Origin: Octopus sinensis
Lineage: Eukaryota
NCBI RefSeq assembly: GCF_006345805.1
Contig: NC_042997.1
Location: 90,086,001-90,150,000, forward strand
DNA: 64,000 nt
Reading direction: 5' to 3'
Position 1 is the stretch's first letter; each line of letters begins with the position of its first letter. Below the pieces are notes generated by a model. It had not been told where the DNA came from and did no database searches. It saw nothing but the letters and a program-made list of their open reading frames with translations. Of this stretch, positions 48,304 through 61,367 are shown piece by piece. A program made the position numbers and the translations under genes.

Positions 48304-49569
48304 GTGTTTTTTTCCCTATGTGCAGTGACCTCTGAACTGCATTACCCAGTGTGTCCTATTGTTAAGATGGAGGATATGATTTGAGGGATATTGATTGCTA
48401 TTTCTAGCAGATCAAGTGAGAATGTCGAGGCTCTCGCATTGATTCGATGTCTAAGCTGTGTTTCCATGAGGTATAAACAAATTAAACGACAAAAGCAACA
48501 ACAACAACAGAGACAGTAACACCATATCTGATTCAGTGAGTGAGTGAATGATATGTGTACAAAGTTATGCGACCAACTAATCAAATCATGTGATAACAGC
48601 AGTGACTGGAAGTCAAAACTGAGTTGATTAAGAAATTGAAATTATAATTAATAATAATAGCAATAACAATTTGGTGGATTAAAAAAAAAAATTCCTCAAA
48701 TAAATTATATAGAAATTGATTATTAGTTGTTATTTTAAATAAAATACTAATAGAAAAACAAAATTCAGTTACAAAAACTTAAATACAAATTAAAACATTG
48801 TTGTTCACAAAATTTACAAAATAAAAACTAAATAATTATTGTTATATCATTATCAAAATTATTATTATCATCATCATCATTATTATTATCATTAACGTCA
48901 TTATTATTATTATATTATTATTATTATCATTAACATCATCATCATTAACATCATCATCATTATCATTAACATTATCATTAACATCATCATCATCATCATC
49001 ATTATTATTATATTATTATTATTATTATTAGTAGTAGTAGTAGTTTTAGTAGTCAGAAGTAGTAGTATCATATCACCATCATCATCATAATTATCATTAT
49101 CAGCTGTATTATAATTATATTTATAACTGCAAATTTTTTGAGTTTTTAATGAAAGTTTTCTTTTTGCTGTTGTTTATATTACTTCTATATTTATGTTTTT
49201 CTATTAAAATCCTCATCATTTGATGAACTATTGAAATTATGGAAGAAAAACAAAAATAAAACAAATAAACTAAGAATTTTTAAATAATCGCAGAAAACAA
49301 TCATTTTCTTTTTTTTTTCTTCTTTTTGTTTCTATTTCTTTTCTTTGAGTTCTAAGAATATTATTAAGCTAATTCATCTTCCAGAAGTTTCTCAATTAAT
49401 AAACAGAAAGGAATGTATAATGCACACGACCAGTTAACATCTGATAACATTTATACTCACACACTTCAAATATTTCCAATAAAGCTGCTAGTGCAGTGAA
49501 ATGAACACACAAACATTTGTTTGTTACAGAGTTCTCTGTGCTTGATAACATAACAAGAGCTTGTTTTAA

Positions 49570-49788
49570 CCCTTTTGTTACCAACCTGGCTGAAACCGGC
49601 TCTGGCTCTGAGTACAAAAATCTTGTTATCATAAGTTTTGAATTAAAATCTTCAACCAAACCTTAGTCACAATTTATGTTCCTAACACTACCTGAATGAT
49701 AACTAAGTTACTTTACTAAATTCTTTGTTATATATAAAGTAATTGAAAGAACACAGAGCATCTCAAAATAAATACAGTAACGAAAGGG
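49570..49788. mobile_element. piggyBac-type MITE (family E)
   Basis: TTAA/CCCTTTTGTTAC...GTAACGAAAGGG/TTAA. Confidence 0.8.
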
Positions 49789-49899
49789 TTAATTACTGTT
49801 TTTGCCAGTATATAAGACACACTTCTATTTTACAAGTACATTTTGTGGAAAAAAATCAAAACAAATTTAGTATGTGTTATCATACATTTACTGAAAGAT

Positions 49900-50058
49900 A
49901 TCTAGCATTTAAACCAACTATGTCCAGCCCAAATATTCTATCTGTAATAAACAGTCACACCACTGAAATCTCAAAGCTATGAGATAATTTATGATTAATT
50001 CAAAACAATGTGAATGCATAAGCATTGCATTTGGCAGAATAATCTGAATGCTAAACGG
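49900..50058. mobile_element. piggyBac-type MITE (family D), internally deleted
   Basis: tagcatttaaacc...aatgctaaacgg/TTAA. Confidence 0.6.
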
Positions 50059-50719
50059 TTAAAGTGGATTTTTTAGGGGAAAATGTATGATTCTGTGTAT
50101 GTAAATGCAATGTTGTGACAGTACACTGGAATAAAGTATAAAACCATAAATTTGTCATAAATAAACTGCAGTGTGTGAATACTGCATTTCAACTTTATCT
50201 TCTTTCAGAACAACTGTATAGTTATTAATATTTTGCCATAGAAGGTATAAGACTCATATTTTTGGCTGTAATAATCTGTGTTACTGTGAATCACTGCTGT
50301 GAGTTTTTTTTTTTTGTCATCTGTTCATGCAAATAGCTGAGAAGCAGATGGAAGTTTAACAAAGGAGAATTTTTATTTAGACAATTAAAAAAATGGTTCT
50401 TAAAGGTAACACAGTCATTAAACAATGTAAGACATATATTAGGTGTGGGTTATATATGTTGAGAAAAGAGGTATAATAAGATGATGTGACCTCCCCAACA
50501 TAACAGTCAACATACAATAAGTAATTTTTTGAAAGTTTAAGCTAAAAGCCTGTGATATTTAGGCTTGTTTTCAACATTTTTTTGTATTAGAAACAATTAT
50601 TGTACTTAGCAGACTTATGCTCATCTGGTTACCTAGCCTATGACACTCAGCCTCCCATCTATAATTTGGCTGCATTAGACACAGGGCAATTTTTTATTTA
50701 ATTCAAAAATAAAGAAAAG

Positions 50720-51200
50720 TATGTCCTCTTTCTTGTTAACTCTCTCTCTCCCTCTCTCACTCTGGCCAGGTAATCATGTACCTCCATAACAGCAGGACAC
50801 CTATTTCTATCTCTAGCACACTCTAACCTTTCCTCATCTGACACAAGATCACCTCCTCCAATGTCCCCTCCCATCTCAAAGTTTACCTGTCTTGAAAGTG
50901 ACTTGGTGACCCTGCCAGTGCTGGTGCCATATAAAAAGCATCCTGTCCACATTGGCATTTGGAAGGGTATCCAGCTGTAAAATCCATGCCCAAAACTGAC
51001 CTCGCCTGTGCTAGTGCTATGTAAAACGTACTCAGTCTACTCTGTGGAGTGATTGGTGTCAGGAAGGGTATCCAACCATAAAAACCATGCCAAAAACAGA
51101 CACAGAAGTCTGGTGCAGTCTTCTGCCTGGTCAGCTTCTGTCAAATAGTCCAAACCATGCTAACATGGAAAAATGGAAGATGGACATATGATAATGATGA
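50720..51200 (+). mobile_element. RTE 3' UTR-type fragment with a duplicated tail segment
   Basis: ggaagggtatcca..c.ta.aa.ccatgcc occurs twice; ends gatgataatgatga. Confidence 0.7.
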
Positions 51201-53550
51201 TTCATGGTTGTGGTTGTATCATTCTACTCATGTCATGAAAGCAACTAGGGTAAAGTATAAACTTCACAACTTTACACTTCTCTAAAACGTTTCATACAGA
51301 TTAAGGCCCTCATTAGTCAGAACTGACCATGTATTTGTATCAGGAAAGTTCTAAAGAGTACAAATCTGACCCAGATTTATATTTTTAATGGAAGACCAAC
51401 AATTACCTATGCAGTAAGCCTCTTAATCCCTCTGTCTAGTACAGCTTGGCACCAGTGTTACAAATGAATTCAGAACTTTAAAAAAATCCAAAACAAACTT
51501 TGAAATATTTTGTTCCACTACTGACAATTCGACCAATCTGCTTCCCCAACTTGGAAAGATGAGAGCAAAGTTGGCTTTAGTGAGATTTTAACTCAAAGCA
51601 TAAATAGCTAGAAAATATCACAAATAATTTGTGTCTAGCATTCTAATAATGCTACCAATTAAGTGCTTCTATACAGATCATTATCATTATCATCACAATG
51701 AAATCATCTTCCCTATTACTTTAAACAAACATACTTAACCATGTGTGTGTGTGAGAGAGAGTGTGTGTGTGAATGTATGTCATTGCTACTGTAATTTAAC
51801 ATCCACTCTCCATTCTTGCATGAGTCATATAGAATTTGTTGAGGCAGATTTTCTATGGCCAGAAACTCTGTCACCATCCCTCAGCTGTTTCCAAGCAAGG
51901 TAATATTTTCCTAGCCAAAAACATATTCTCATAGAAGACTGGAAACAGGCAACATTGTTTACATGATGGTGATGGGAGAGATGAGGAAAGCAGTAATTTG
52001 GGTGAACAAATTAGTTAAGAGATAAGCCTATTATTGTTATTCTCCTGAATTTATTTTGCCATCTTGTCCTTTAGTTTGCCTGCAATTGTTACTCTTGAGC
52101 TGAGTATGCAACTATTTATTTTTTTGCTCAAGAGTTCAAGTGGAGGGTAAAGTTAGACTCAGGTCCAGGTCTAAGAGGGTTAAGAATGCATATGATGATT
52201 ATCATCATCATCATCATTATTACAATGAACATGAGCATTCTCCTCTAATTCTAAAAAAATATTAAGATGATGATAATGCAACTGCTATTGAACAAAATAA
52301 CTTTTAAAACACGTGCACACGCACATGTGTATATAATCCTGAGTGTGCAAGTGTGCATGTGCGTAATTCATCAATCTATTTTTCCAATTCCACTGACAAC
52401 ACAAGACCAATTCTTTCTTATTTCAATTTAAGCAACATCTTAATCTACATTTATTTATTTATCTATTTATTGTCTTGTTTTGTTTTCTTTTCTGAATTCC
52501 ACTCTTAGTTTCACTGTCATACATTTTAGTTTGATCTGTGACAAAAGTTAGGAATTGTTTTTACAACTTGGTCCAAGAGAGTGTCTAGACAAAGAGCTAA
52601 GAGGTGTGGAATTCAGTAAAATTATTTCTGTTTTACTCATTGAAGTAATTAGTGATTTCAAAAGACATAATTTATGAGAATAAGTCATCTGGACAGTTGG
52701 AATGACTGTGATACAGCAGCAATTATTTAGAGGAGGTTAAAAGACAATACACAAGCACTAATACAAAGAATATATAAGCTGGTTTGTGGACACAAGATTG
52801 AAAAAGTTTTCTTTGACAGATGAAGAAATAAAGATTTTGTGAATGTCTTAAAAAAGAAAAAAAAACAAACAACAAAAAATAAATGAGAAGTAGCATAAAA
52901 AGGAAAACTTGGCATAATTAAGAGAAGTGAGTTTTAAAGAACATAAGGTTAGAGAAGAATTGGCCTGAATTTACCATTCTGTATTTCTGTGATTAATTAT
53001 TGCAAGAGAACATTATTCTGTTTTGATCTATACCTTGCTTCTTCAATCAGTTAATGTTCTTTTCCCAAATTGGTATACTTTGTCTATAACATTGTAGACA
53101 AGTGTGCCAAACAACATTTAAAGAAGAATTTCTAAAATATTGCAGAGTTGGGTAGGGAAGGAAAAAAAAAAAAAGAAAATGAAACATCTAACATGTTTTA
53201 TGCAAATCCAGCCAGTATTTTTGGGCAGTAATCCACAATATTCCTAGAATTTAGCTCGTGACTCATTACCCCTACCATACTTTGTAGTTGCTTCTGTTTA
53301 TATTCCAACACGAGTATTATTTATTAGTTAGACAGTCATTCCTTCATTATTAGAAAAATTTTAATTAAAAAAAAAAAGTCATATTGGCAAAGTGGTGCTG
53401 GAGTCATAAAATTTCTGAAATCTTGTGTGTCACATAAGTTTTTAATATTCTGGTTTCTTTGATTGTTATATTAAGGTATTCAACATGCATTCATGTTCTT
53501 TCCCAGTTTGTCTCCTTCTTCACTAAATTTCCTCAAGTATGTTCATAATA

Positions 53551-53751
53551 CAGAGTCCACCAAAAAGAAAAAAAAAATGATTACACACTTCAGGAAAGGA
53601 AAGATAAGTATAAATACTTAACTTGTATAAGTACCTCTACAAATATAGATACCTGTTTCAATGTTTAATCAAATTGTAATAACACTGAATTAAAATATTT
53701 ATATAGATTTTTCTTTCCTGAAGTGTGTATACATTTTTTTGACAGACTCTC
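53551..53751. mobile_element. Tc1/mariner-type MITE, copy 1
   Basis: Imperfect TIRs cagagtc...tacacacttcaggaaag at both ends; TA flanks. Confidence 0.7.
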
Positions 53752-54187
53752 TATATACACAGAGATGTACATATACATCCACACAGATATAACTATGTGG
53801 TTAAAAATTTGTATGGAAATTATAGTTTGAATAAATGTTTCCAGTCATCTCAAGATCTAGGAATGAAAATGGAAAGGTGAAATCTGAACAGATGAACATT
53901 AGGCTGCACCTCTTCTTGGTATGTTTAGCATATTCCACTTTATAAATACATGCACACACACACATACACACATATGCATGTATGTATGTGTATGTATATA
54001 TTTAAAAGTCTTTGTGAAAATTGATATAGTTCTACCAAGTATGAAAAAGATGTTTAAAAAAGTTATTTTTTTAAAAAAGTTGTAAATTCTTTATTAGAAT
54101 GTCACTAACCTTTTTAGAAATTTCTTTCTAGTGTGTGTGAGCACTTTTGACTAGACTATCTTTTTAAAGACATGTATTCTTGGATAA

Positions 54188-54225
<38 letters not shown>

Positions 54226-54229
54226 CACA

Positions 54230-55490
54230 TGACTGATGCTATATTTCTGGCAGCTGCAGAAGAAATATATACCCAAAGATGAACCTCTGGACTTGGCTTT
54301 TGTTGACTTGGAGAAAGCCTCTGACAGGGTCTCCCAATCCCTTATCTGGTGGTCAATGCAGAAACTAGGGATAGCCAAGTGGTTGGAGAGACCTGTATAA
54401 ACCATGTACAGGGACACCACCAGTAAGGTGAGGGCTGGTAACAAGTACAGCGAAGGTTTCAGGGTACAAGGATCAGTCTTCAGCCCCGCTCTTGTTCATC
54501 GTAATCCTCTTGGCAATAACAGAGGAATTTAAAAGACAGGTAGCCCCTGGGAGCTCCTCTATGCTGATAACCTTGTTCTTATAGATGAATCACTAGCAGG
54601 ACTAGAGAAGAAGTTTCAGGTATAGAAGCAAGGTCTAGAATTGAAGGGCCTTAGAGTTAACCTAGCAAAAAAGTAAGTAGGAATGCAAATCACAAATACC
54701 TTCAGGTAGATGGCCCTGCTCAATCTGTAGAAAATGCATAAGTAGAAACTCCATAAGATGTACCTGGTGTAAGCTATGGACACATAAGTGAAGCAATATC
54801 AGAGGAAGGTTAACAAGGAAAATAGCTTTTGTGTGTGGAAGTTACACAGGTACAATAAACACCATAAATGTACAGAAAATAGACTCCATCAACTGCCACT
54901 GGGGGCAAGCTAGAGGTAGTAGATAGCTTCTGTTATCTAGGTGACCAAGTTAGTAGCAGAGGTGGATGCTCTGAAAGCATAGCTGTGAGAATAAGATTGG
55001 GCTGGGAAAGGTTCAGAGAGCTCCTACCTCAGCTAGCAACAAAAGGTCTCTCCCTCAGAGTGTAAGATATAGTATGATGACTGTGTGAACAGCTATGCTG
55101 CATAGCAGTGAAACATGGGCTGTGACAGTCAAGGACATGCATAAGCTTGAAAGAAATGAAGCTAGTATGCTTCGCTGGATGGGCAATGTCAGTGTGAATG
55201 TTTGACAAAGTATAAGCATCTTGAGAGAAAAGTTGGGCATAAAAGGTATCAGTTGTGGTGTGTAAGAGAGATGACTGCACTGGTATGGTCATGTGATGCA
55301 TATGGATGTGGATAGCTGTGTAAAGAAGTGCTGATCTCTAACTGTGGAGGGAACCTATGGTAGAGGTAGACCCAAGAAGACATGGGACAAAGTGGTGAAG
55401 CATGATCTTTGAACCTCACAGAGGCAATGACCAAGACCTTTGGCATTATGTTGTGCTTGAGAAGACCCATCAAGCCAAGTAAAATCACAG
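54230..55490 (+). mobile_element. Older decayed copy of the same RTE family (RT to C-terminus)
   Basis: Colinear with 35900-34650 reversed: AFVDLEKASDRV, PWELLYADN, SFCYLGDQVS, many stops and indels. Starts at a (TG)n(TA)n tract. Confidence 0.9.
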
Positions 55491-56062
55491 TTGAGGCAGA
55501 TACTGGTGTCACACAAATGGCACCGCTGCTGCTGGGATGTAAAAGCACCCATTACACTCTCAGAGTAGTAGGCATTAGGATATATATACATATATATATA
55601 CATAGATATAATGAAGACAATCATGCAACATCAATATACATAACCATGAACTCTTTAACAAAGTCAATCTTATGAGAATGAAGGACAACTTAGAATAACA
55701 AAACCCCAAGATAGAAAAGATTCACAGACAACAAGTATATCAAACATATATTTCAATCATCAGCAGCCTAATGGTTATCGCTATAGTTTTAATCCCTGGG
55801 CTGTAGTATTCAATCCGGCAGTGACAACTGTGTTGAAAGCATAAACACTTCCTGGGTTCCAATAGACGAGTAGCAAGAGCTAAACATTAGCATTGATATA
55901 TCCATTACGTCAACATCTGTCTACTATTACAAATATCAACATCAAATAGAAACAAAATCATATTAAACTTATTGCTACAAGACAATCAGATATACCAACA
56001 GTGGCACAACAGATGAGCAGAAACTAACTGCGCTTCAGGTTTTTTATTGTTTTTTTCATATA

Positions 56063-56264
56063 TAGAGTCATTCACAAAAATGTATACACACTTCAAGAAA
56101 GGAAAATATTCTGTATAAATATTTTAATTCAGTGTAATTGCAATTTATTCAGTGTTATCATGATTTAATAAAACAATGAAAGAGGTATTTATATTTATAG
56201 AGGTATTTATACAAGTAAAACATGTACACAGAATTTTCCCTTTCATTTTTTCTGGCAGACTCTG
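56063..56264. mobile_element. Same MITE family, copy 2
   Basis: tagagtc...atgtatacacacttcaagaaagg and right end ggcagactctg/ta; same length as 53551-53751. Confidence 0.6.
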
Positions 56265-56739
56265 TATATATGAGTTTACCTTCAACTAGAAGGAAGTTTT
56301 AATGTAGACTAGGGGTCCTTCACTCTCAGAGCTTCACATGTTAGTTAACCCATATTTGGGTCCCTAACAGGTGCTACTACTCAGAGTCAGAGTAGACCTA
56401 CGAACAATAGTAGCTAAGAGGTGGTTCCACACTCCTGAAAGCCCTGGAACTCCTGTGTCAGGTCTCCACTACCAAATTCAGTTTAAAGTCAGGCACACAT
56501 GTGCACACACACACAAGAGTTTCTTTCTACCAAATTATACTTACAAGGTAGAAGTCAACCCATGGTGCCATGCAGTTGGACTGAACCCAGAACTAAGTAA
56601 GTCGTAATTGCAAAGTGAATTTCTTAATGTCACAGTTATATCTGCATCTATCTCTTTATACTTGTATGTGTGTGTGTGTATACACACACACACATTTATT
56701 ATCTCACACTCTCTACATAATAATATATATATATATCTT

Positions 56740-57090
56740 TTATCTTTTGTTTTGGTTGTTAGATTATGGCCATCCTGGGGCAACACACTGAGGTATTTTA
56801 GTTGAATAAATCAACTTATTTTTTAAGCTTGGTATTTATTCTATTGGTCTTTATGTCAAACTATTAAGTTACATGGATGCAAGCACACCAACACCAGTTG
56901 TCAAGCAGTGGTGGAGGGGCGATAAACATACATACAATGGGCTTCTTTTAGTCTCCACTGACCAAACCTACTCACAAAGATTTGTTTGACCTAAGGTTAT
57001 AGTAGAAGACACTTGCTCAGGGAGCCACACAGTGGGACTGAACCCAGAACCAGGTGGTTGGGAAGCAAATTTCTTACCACACACCCATGC
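56740..57090 (-). mobile_element. SINE family A
   Basis: Reverse-complement match. Confidence 0.75.
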
Positions 57091-57095
57091 ATGTG

Positions 57096-57164
<69 letters not shown>

Positions 57165-58181
57165 TATATATATATATATGTACATATATATATATGTACA
57201 TATATATATAGCCACACATGCGTCAATATATATATATATATAAATATATATACACACACAACATTTACAAAAGTATAAACCAATGAGGGAATGGTGGTGG
57301 GTAAGAGTGGTCGAGGTAGGGAGGCAATAATAGACAATGATGGTGGCAATGCTAGTAATAGTGGTGGTGGTGGTGATGATGGAGGCAAATATGATGAGGT
57401 GGAGAGGATGGACTGAGCATCAGTAGCAGTAGCAGAACCAGGCAATATTGGTGCTGGTGGGTGATAATGATATTGCCTGCTTGTGCCGTATACCAAAGCT
57501 TGGGGCAGTACAGGCAGTGAAAAACCCACCTCCATTCCTTTTGCCATCATGCATTTAATAAGTATATTTAATCTCTTTAAAAAATATAACTATAAGAAAT
57601 ACATAAACGAAAAGAAAATTTGATTAAAAGAACCTTAAATACATACGTATCACAAATTAATTTGAATAACGAATGTGAAAAATTATAGAGAAAATTGTCG
57701 TCTTGTCTTCTTTGCCTCTACTCCATAGCACCACCACCACTTCTACCACCAACATCAAAATGCTAGTTCTGGAAGTCACACTTCTCTTTTATGTTTTATA
57801 TAGCCAACAGCCATCTATTAATTTTCCGTCACTGAAATGTGACAATATGTTCCCGCTTGCATTTGATACAATGCTGTTCCATAGAGAAAGATGGAAAACT
57901 TATCACAGCTTATATAACTGCAGGATAAAATATCAGAGAGAAGCAATTCTCACAGACTGTATTTATGGGTGTGTGTGTGTGTGTGTTTTTCTGTGTATAT
58001 ATGTGCATGGGTGGGGGGGCTGCTTCTATGACTGTATTTATGCAGATTGCGATAATATTAGAAAATCTTGATAAAAAAGCTAAAGCTGGAAAAAAGAGTT
58101 GTTTTAATTTGTTTCAAAAAAAGTTATTCCTTACACATACAAATGCATGCACACATATATATAAATAATGTTTGCAATATA

Positions 58182-58830
58182 CGAGGTCTGATCAAAGAGT
58201 ATCTGGGCTGTTGCACAGTAACGAAGCTAAAGCACACAGAGTGAAGCTGCTTGGCAAAGACTGACCTTGAACTCTGCTGTGGATGAACATTAAGTTTTAA
58301 TGTTCTAGCTCACTTCTTCTGTTTACAGCAGTGCTTGGAAGGAAAGTGTGTAGCATGTGATCGTCACATTGACCATGACAGAGAAAGTTGTCAGGGCAAT
58401 ACCTGCTCAGAGGCCTACGCAAAGTTGCAGAAAGTGTATGGAGAGGAGTGTATGAGTTGCATACAAATGTACAAGTGGTTCAGACGTTTCCAAGATGGCT
58501 GAAAAATGTCAATATTGATGAACGTTCTGGGAGACCCACAACCAGCAGAACTGAGAAAAACATCACAGATATGGGTGCAGCTTTGAGGGGAAATCGTTGA
58601 ATAATCATACATGAATTATCAGAGGATGTGCAAATTATATACAGGTCAGTTCAGTCTATTATCACTGAAGATTTTGGTATGAGATGTGTTTGCAAAGTTT
58701 GAGCCAAAACAGACACTTGAGTTTCATTTGCACAAGCTCTTTATTGTGTCAAGAATGATGAAAACTTTTTGAAAACTTTGTGTAGGCCTCTGAGCAGGTA
58801 TCGCCAAGCTTTTGGTAAAATTTGACACAC
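58182..58830 (+). mobile_element. Mariner 5' remnant with an internal inverted segment
   Basis: TA/CGAGGTCTGATCAAA terminus; ERSGRPTTSRTEKNI, IIHELSEDV HTH-like region; 58395-58426 inverted at 58774-58805. Confidence 0.75.
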
Positions 58831-59056
58831 ACATATGTAAAATGTATATACACACAAACATATGGTTGTATGGTGCAGGCATGGCTATGCAGTTAAGAAG
58901 TTCAATTCCAATGATGGGGTTTCAGGCCCTCAGTGTAGTACCTTGGGCAACTGTAATCTACTGAGGCTGTTGGCAGACCAAGTTCTTGTGAAGAGATTCA
59001 ATAGATGAAAACTAAAAGTAGCCGGTCATATACGCATGTGTGTGTGTGCATATATA

Positions 59057-59510
59057 CATGGGTTGGACAAAATAATGAAAACACCTAGCACCATAATATT
59101 GAAATATCTATAAAATCATCAAAAGCTTGTTTATTTTTATATTTTTTTTTTTTTATTATTAGTGTTGCTTAATATGTTTTGCTAAAATTGCTCTTTCTTT
59201 TCAGATATCATCAGTAAAAGGTAATCAAAATTCATTAAAATGACAGATCTATCAAACTTTCAAAGAAGTCAAATTGTTGGTGCTCGTATGTCAGGTGCTA
59301 GCGTAACAATAACAGCTGAAATGTTCGGTGTATCAAGAAGTACTGTCTCGAAAGTAATGCAAACCTTTGGGAAACACGGAAAAACCTCTTCATCAAAGCA
59401 GAACTCCAGAAAGAAACCAACATTTTCAGATAGTTAGAAAGGATCTAACTTGTTAGAAATTTGTTAGAAAGGATCACAAAAGTACAGCTCGCAAAATATC
59501 CCAGAAACAG
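59057..59510 (+). mobile_element. Tc1-like element, 5' end and N-terminal DNA-binding domain
   Basis: TA/CATGGGTTGGACAAAATAATG TIR-like start; ORF 59240-59437 MTDLSNFQRSQIVGARMSGASVTITAEMFGVSRSTVSKV is a Tc1 paired-like HTH; truncated. Confidence 0.85.
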
Positions 59511-59531
59511 CAGTAAGACTATCTTTCTCTT

Positions 59532-59682
59532 TATAAATGTCCTATAAATTCTACACAGATTTGGCTTTGTTGTCTCATTTTATTTAACACACACGCACAC
59601 ATATACACACACACACCTCTATGTATATATCTACACCTCTATGCACACATATATGCATATATATATATATATATATATATAA

Positions 59683-59713
<31 letters not shown>

Positions 59714-60139
59714 TGTATGTATGTATGTATATGTATATATACACACACATATATATATATACGCAAATATATCTACATATATAGTTACAATACTTACACA
59801 TATATACTCACACACACATACATATATACATACAAACATACATATAGACAGACAGACATAGAAAAATTTTAAATAAGGGCAAAAGAAAAATTTTCTTTGC
59901 CAATATGCTGAAAAAATAGACGTTAAATTGTCTAACTACATACAATATTTTCACTGTAATTATAGTGAAATTATTGTATGTGGTTAGACGATTTAGCGTC
60001 TATTTTTTCAGCATATTGGCAAAGAAATTTTTCTTTTGCCCTTATTTATAATATTTGTATATCTGTCTGTATGTATATATGTATGTGTGTGTGAGTATAT
60101 ATGGTTAAGTATTGTAACTATATATGTAGATACATTTGC

Positions 60140-60186
<47 letters not shown>

Positions 60187-60360
60187 ATATGTGTATATGT
60201 ATATATATGTGTGTATATATATACATATATATATATGCATATATGTGTGTATAGAGGTGTAGATATATACATAGAGGTGTGTGTATATATATATGTGTGT
60301 ATGTGTCAAATAGAATGAGACAACAAAGCCAAATCTGTGTAGAATTTATAGGACATTATA
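59532..60360. repeat. Giant imperfect palindrome with no spacer
   Basis: Arms of about 428 and 401 bp; centre TTCACT-G-TAATTA-T-AGTGAA at 59959/59960; outer ends aatgtcctataaattctacacagat and its reverse complement. Confidence 0.97.
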
Positions 60361-60445
60361 ATTGTATTTATAATTTTCACCTTAAAAGGTATTTTTCATC
60401 TGCTGGTCACTGATAAAATTTTATATTAGAAGTATACACACACAC

Positions 60446-60511
<66 letters not shown>

Positions 60512-60608
60512 TTATCTTTATCTAGTTTCAGCTCACGAGCTGTGGCCATGCTGGGGCACCGATGTATATATATACACACATACACACACACACACAAACA
60601 TATATGTA

Positions 60609-60831
60609 CAGTAATCCTTCGACTATTGTAGGTGTTATGTTCCAAATCCCCCACGATAGGTGAAAATCTGCAAAGTAGTAACAGTACTGTACTGCATATT
60701 TTTTTTTCACTATTTTTATAATTTGCATATATTTATTTTATTATAAATGCAAAACAATACTATGGAGGAATCGACGTAAGCTTAAATGATAAGCTGCGAT
60801 AGGTGAAGTGTGTTATGGAGAGGGATTACTG
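60609..60831. mobile_element. pogo/Tigger-type MITE
   Basis: TIR CAGTAATCC(T/C)TC; TA TSD at 60607-08 and 60832-33; 223 bp. Confidence 0.75.
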
Positions 60832-60855
60832 TATACACACACATACACACACACA

Positions 60856-60923
<68 letters not shown>

Positions 60924-60977
60924 AAATAAATCTTTTATCATTTTTCTTGAGAGATTGAGAAAATGAAAGTACACATA

Positions 60978-61367
60978 GGTGCAGGAGTGGCTGTGTGCTA
61001 AGAAGCTAGCTTACCAACTACATGGTTCCGGGTTCAGTCCCACTGCGTGGCGCCTTGGGCAAGTGTCTTCTACTATAGCCTCGGGCAACTAAAGCCTTGT
61101 AAGTGGATTTCGTAGATGGAAACTGAAAGAAGCCCTTCATATATATATGTATGTGTGTGTATATGTTTGTGTGTCTGTGTTTGTTCTCCTAACATTGCTT
61201 GACAACCGATGCTGGTGTGTTTACATCCCTGTAAGTTAATGGTTCGGCAAAAGAGACTGATAGAATAAGTACTAGGCTTAGAATGAACAAGTCCTGGGGT
61301 CAATTTGCTTGACTAAAGGCGGTCCACCAGCAGTCAGAAGGCTGAAACAAGTAAAAGAATAAAAGAA
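60978..61367 (+). mobile_element. tRNA-headed SINE family A, well-preserved copy
   Basis: ggtgcaggagtggctgtg...ggttccgggttcagtcccactgcgtggcgccttgggcaagtgtcttctactatagcc; (TA/TG)n middle; gtaaaagaataaaag tail. Confidence 0.85.

Noticed and set aside
50209-50244. AG...GT-bounded 36-nt segment
   Set aside because: Stops in all three frames.
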